The position numbers were made by a program, and so were the translations under genes. 64,000 bases of DNA from a bacterium (GTDB taxonomy: Bacteria > RBG-13-61-14 > DATKZS01). Of this stretch, positions 60,534 through 64,000 are shown one piece after another; within the stretch, counting starts at the first letter, position 1, and every line of letters starts with the position of its first letter. The DNA is taken from the NCBI GenBank assembly GCA_963674965.2, contig CAXXFL010000001.1:800001-864000 (forward strand), given 5' to 3'. Under the pieces are notes generated by a model. The model saw only the letters and a list, made by a program, of their open reading frames with translations. It was not told where the DNA came from and ran no database searches.

Positions 60534-61598
60534 TCATCCTCCCTTGCCGCCGGTAAAGGACTCGATAAGATCGAGAACTTCGGGAGATCTCCGGACCAGC
60601 TCGAGCGCGTACTCGGCGTGACCTCTCGCGTACCCGTTGCCGATGATCATGTTCACGTCCTTGCCGACGCCCTCCGCTCCGAGGGCGGCCCTGGTAAAGG
60701 ACGTGGCCATGCCGAAGAAATAGATAGTTCCCCCCTCACGGCACGACAGCACCGAGGCCATTTCCGTGTCCGGCGAATTGACGCAATTGATTACCAGGTC
60801 CGCCATCTTGCCGTCCGTTAGCCTCTCAACCTCTGAGTGACAAAACAGTGGATCGGCCGCGTCCACGATGGAGTATTCGTCGATCAGCCCGGCATTTTTC
60901 AGGCGCTCTAGCTTTTTCCCTGACCTCGAGAAGCCGATCACGAAGCCGTCTTTCTCCATCACGTTTTTGGCCACCCTCGAGCAAAGAACGCCCGATTTGC
61001 CCGAGGCCCCGAGGATCAGGACCGTCATGCCCTTTCGCGCCAGCCGACTCGTCTGGATGGGCGCGCCGCACACGTCGAGCACGGACAGGGCCGCCCGCTC
61101 GGGAATATCCTCGGGTAGCCCGGCGATGACCCCGCTCTGGAAAATAATCGCGTGGCCCTCAACCTGTACCTGATCGGAATTGGTATCCACGTTCAGGATG
61201 GCGTCAATCTTCAGTGGCGTCAGGGACAGAGAAACCAGACTCGCCACTTTATCCCCATCCTTCACGCCGCGATCGGGCGCCGCGCTTCCGATTTGGACCA
61301 CCTCTCCCATCAGCATCCCGCCCGAGCCGGTGACGGGGTTTTGCAGCTTTCCCCTTTGCCCGACTATCTCGAGTATGGTTTGCTTTATCTTCTCGACGTC
61401 GCCGCCGGCTTGTTTATGAATCTGGGCGAAGCTGGCCGAGTCCACGTTCAAGGTGCTGACCTTTATCATGGTCTCGCCGGCCCAGACGCGGCTCATGTCA
61501 TTATCCAGCTTGAGCGCGGGCTGGGGCAGCGATCCCTTCGGCTCGACGACCCGATGCGACCCGTAAGGACAGCCGCCTGAAATTTCCTTGACCCTCAT
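60534..61598 (-). CDS. kdd: L-erythro-3,5-diaminohexanoate dehydrogenase
   Basis: CPYGSHRV..P...LPQPA, LNVDSASF, NPVTGSGGML, AALGAEGVGKD, IGNGY. Confidence 0.95.
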   Translation of the reverse strand: MRVKEISGGCPYGSHRVVEPKGSLPQPALKLDNDMSRVWAGETMIKVSTLNVDSASFAQIHKQAGGDVEKIKQTILEIVGQRGKLQNPVTGSGGMLMGEVVQIGSAAPDRGVKDGDKVASLVSLSLTPLKIDAILNVDTNSDQVQVEGHAIIFQSGVIAGLPEDIPERAALSVLDVCGAPIQTSRLARKGMTVLILGASGKSGVLCSRVAKNVMEKDGFVIGFSRSGKKLERLKNAGLIDEYSIVDAADPLFCHSEVERLTDGKMADLVINCVNSPDTEMASVLSCREGGTIYFFGMATSFTRAALGAEGVGKDVNMIIGNGYARGHAEYALELVRRSPEVLDLIESFTGGKGG

Positions 61599-62431
61599 TT
61601 CACTTTACTCCTTGCCTTGCAAAGGCCCAGCGCCTCGCGCGTTTCGCGCGGCGTGGCTATTTCGAAACCAAGCTCGCGAGTCACCCTGGCGGCCCGTTCC
61701 ACGAGCTGGGCATTGTCGCGAGCCAGGGTCTTGGGCGCGTAGTAAACGTTGTCCTCGAAGCCGGTCCGGATATTGCCTCCGCCCGCCAGCGCCCCGGCCA
61801 GGGCCGATATCGAGCCTCTTCCCCCGATACCGATGGCGGTCCATAACGAGCCCGGCGGCAACCTGTCAACCATGGCGGCCAAGCTGGAAAGACTCGCGTC
61901 AAGGCCGCCCGGGACCCCCAGCACCAGGCCATAATAATAAGGCCCCTCCACCAGTCCCTCCCGGATGAGGACCTTCGAGGCCTCGAGGTGGGAAAGGTCG
62001 AAACACTCGAGGGTCGGCTTTATTCCCTTTTCCTTCATCTCCGCCGCCGCCCTTCTCATCATGGGAAGAGTGTTGACGATGTAGTCGTCGCCGAAGTTGA
62101 CGGTCCCGCAGTCAAGGGACGCCATCTCGGGATGGAGCTTAAGAGGAGCCAGCCGCTCCTCCAGGCTCATGCCGACCGCGCCGCCGGTGGTCACCTCGAT
62201 GACGGCGTCGCACTCGGCCTCAATCATCCCGATGGCGCGGCGGAAGGTATCCGCGTCCTGCGTGGGTCGGCCCTTTTCATCCCTGACATGGAGATGGATT
62301 ATCGAGGCCCCGGCCGCGCAGGCGTCAGCCGAGGCTCGGGCTATCTCCTCGGGAGTGACGGGCAGGGCCGGGTTTTGCTCGGTCGTGGTTTCCGCTCCCG
62401 TTACGGCGCAGGTGATGATTATTTTTTTCAT
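61595..62431 (-). CDS. kce: 3-keto-5-aminohexanoate cleavage enzyme (BKACE)
   Basis: IITCAVTGAE, HLHVRD, TTGG, GTVNFG, RTGFEDN; operon context. Confidence 0.92.
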   Translation of the reverse strand: MKKIIITCAVTGAETTTEQNPALPVTPEEIARASADACAAGASIIHLHVRDEKGRPTQDADTFRRAIGMIEAECDAVIEVTTGGAVGMSLEERLAPLKLHPEMASLDCGTVNFGDDYIVNTLPMMRRAAAEMKEKGIKPTLECFDLSHLEASKVLIREGLVEGPYYYGLVLGVPGGLDASLSSLAAMVDRLPPGSLWTAIGIGGRGSISALAGALAGGGNIRTGFEDNVYYAPKTLARDNAQLVERAARVTRELGFEIATPRETREALGLCKARSKVK

Positions 62432-62500
62432 GTTTCCTCCCTTGTCGGCCGGCGGTTGATTATTATTTTCGGTATCGCGTCGCCGTCCCGCCCAAGCAAT

Positions 62501-62524
62501 TAGTAACCACTCAAGTAGCTACTA
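62501..62524. promoter_or_regulatory. Putative TrmB operator 1 (TAGTAACCACTCAAGTAGCTACTA)
   Basis: 24-bp imperfect palindrome overlapping the -10 of the kce promoter; matches operator 2. Confidence 0.7.
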
Positions 62525-62549
62525 TATAGCAAATCCTATCGGGCGTCAA
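62521..62549 (-). promoter_or_regulatory. Sigma70 promoter for the kce-kam operon
   Basis: TTGACG-17 bp-TATAGT on the minus strand. Confidence 0.7.
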
Positions 62550-62644
62550 GATAATTTTTAAGGCGAGCGATATTTTTCTTTCTTTGCAAATTACCGATAT
62601 ATAAGGCTAATCGCCTTAATCACGACGGAGCGGCTCGTTTTTTC

Positions 62645-62674
62645 TTGCCTTTTCAAAATTTCTCGTGCTATAGT
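62645..62674 (+). promoter_or_regulatory. Sigma70 promoter for the TrmB regulator
   Basis: TTGCCT-18 bp-TATAGT with extended TG. Confidence 0.55.
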
Positions 62675-62694
62675 GGCTACGATGGAAGTCACTA
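62671..62694. promoter_or_regulatory. Putative TrmB operator 2 (TAGTGGCTACGATGGAAGTCACTA)
   Basis: 24-bp imperfect palindrome overlapping the -10, just upstream of the RBS. Confidence 0.7.
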
Positions 62695-62705
62695 AGGGAG
62701 CATAA

Positions 62706-63542
62706 ATGGACGACTCGTTAAAATCGCTCACCGCCATCGGCTTCAGCGAGTATGAGGCCAAGGCCTACGGCGCCCTGTTGGTCGAGTCTCCGGCCAACGG
62801 TTACCAGATATCCAAGCTCAGCGGGGTCCCCCGCGCCAAGATATACGAGTGCCTCGAGCGGCTGGCCATGCGGGGGGCCGTGGTGAGAGTCGACTCGCCC
62901 GACCCCGAGGCCCGGCTCTACGCTCCCACCGACCCCAACGAGCTTATCCGCGACATGGAGAAGAACCTGGGGTCCGCCCTCGAGCGGGCCCGGGAGAGCC
63001 TAAACAAGTTAAAGAGCGACCCGAGCGTGGTCGAGGTCCTCTGGCGCGTCACCTCCCAGCGTGACCTGGTGGCCAAGGGAAGGACCCTGACCGGCGAGGC
63101 CCGGCGGACCTTGCACGTGGCCCTGTGGGACGAGGAGTTCGACTCCCTCCTTCCCGACCTCGAAAGAGCGGCGGAAAGGGGCCTTAAAATGGCGCTGGTC
63201 CTGTACGGAAAACACGCGGGACTGCAAAGGCTCCAGGATTACGGGGTGGGCGCCATACTTCACGGCCGCGTGAAAAGGCAGGCCATCCCGGTGATGGGCC
63301 GCCAGTTCGCGCTTGTGTCCGACGGGGAGCGCTGCATAACCGGGTCGATTTTCGAGGACGACAAGGTGGAGGGCGTCTTCACCATGAACAAGGGCCTGGT
63401 GACCAACGCGGTCGATCTGGTAAACCACGAGATATATCTCGAGCGGATTATCCTGGCCGAGGGGGACGTCATCCTCAAGAGATTCGGCAAAAACCTCCAG
63501 CGCCTTGACGCCTTCGACTCGCCTTTCAAGGACGTTAAATAA
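62706..63542 (+). CDS. TrmB family transcriptional regulator
   Basis: GFSEYEAKAYGALL...ANGYQISKLSGVPRAKIYECLERL wHTH plus C-terminal effector domain. Confidence 0.93.
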   Translation: MDDSLKSLTAIGFSEYEAKAYGALLVESPANGYQISKLSGVPRAKIYECLERLAMRGAVVRVDSPDPEARLYAPTDPNELIRDMEKNLGSALERARESLNKLKSDPSVVEVLWRVTSQRDLVAKGRTLTGEARRTLHVALWDEEFDSLLPDLERAAERGLKMALVLYGKHAGLQRLQDYGVGAILHGRVKRQAIPVMGRQFALVSDGERCITGSIFEDDKVEGVFTMNKGLVTNAVDLVNHEIYLERIILAEGDVILKRFGKNLQRLDAFDSPFKDVK

Positions 63543-63589
63543 CTCGCCCTCTTGGGGGCTCATTCTATTAAGACGATGGGGAGGACTTC

Positions 63590-64000
63590 ATGACGGATAG
63601 CAATAACTCGGCCGGACCCAGGGTAATAAAAATCGAAATGACGCCGGTCCACGTTCCCTTCCGCGAGATCGTGCGGGAGACCATGCAGGCGGGCCCGGGC
63701 GGCCTGGGCATGATGATACCCAGCGAGGAGCCCTGGCTGGGAGGAGACTTCGTCATCTGCCGTCTCGAGGCGGAGGACGGGAGCGTGGGCCTGGGCGAGG
63801 CCTTCGTCTGGCTGGCCGAGACGGGCATATCGCCGGACCAGGTTATTGACGGGGCGGCGGGCGCCTTAAGCGGTTACGTGCTTAGCCAGAGCCCGTTCAA
63901 CGTCGAGGCCATCAGGCAAAGGATGGACGCCAACGTGACCCGCACCGAGGTGGCCAAGGGCATGCTCGATATGGCGCTCTACGACCTGATGGGCCGGATC
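63590..64000 (+). CDS. Mandelate racemase/muconate lactonizing enzyme (enolase superfamily), 3' truncated by window edge
   Basis: RBS GGGAGG; translated by hand: ...RLEAEDGSVGLGEA...AKGMLDMALYDLMGR; absent from the ORF track because no stop is in the window. Confidence 0.88.
   Translation, partial: MTDSNNSAGPRVIKIEMTPVHVPFREIVRETMQAGPGGLGMMIPSEEPWLGGDFVICRLEAEDGSVGLGEAFVWLAETGISPDQVIDGAAGALSGYVLSQSPFNVEAIRQRMDANVTRTEVAKGMLDMALYDLMGRI

Overview
GC-rich bacterial window that looks anaerobic and Deltaproteobacteria-like from gene content (inference). It is mostly housekeeping and metabolic: tRNA-Leu(TAG)-tig-clpP-clpX-lon, purQ, uvrC, rdgB-rph-amidase-amrS-nagZ, and a lysine fermentation operon (kce-kdd-kamA-kamD-kamE) divergent from a TrmB regulator, with two matching 24-bp operators between them. 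A decayed accessory island (~29.5-35.75 kb) holds two IS elements, a truncated glycoside-hydrolase-like ORF, an FGE/C-lectin-fold exported protein and a deleted helicase-nuclease remnant. The best candidates for undescribed systems are: (1) a tandem pair of ThDP enzymes with reciprocal loss of active-site halves (predicted obligate heterodimer) plus a DUF3795 protein; (2) an AprA/AsfA-like flavoprotein whose ferredoxin partner is split by an inserted GltD-like FAD/NAD(P) module; (3) an operon of a cysteine-desulfurase-like enzyme, two small unknown proteins and two atypical V4R proteins. No CRISPR array, rRNA or reverse transcriptase was seen. All calls come from motif recognition by eye, with no database searches.
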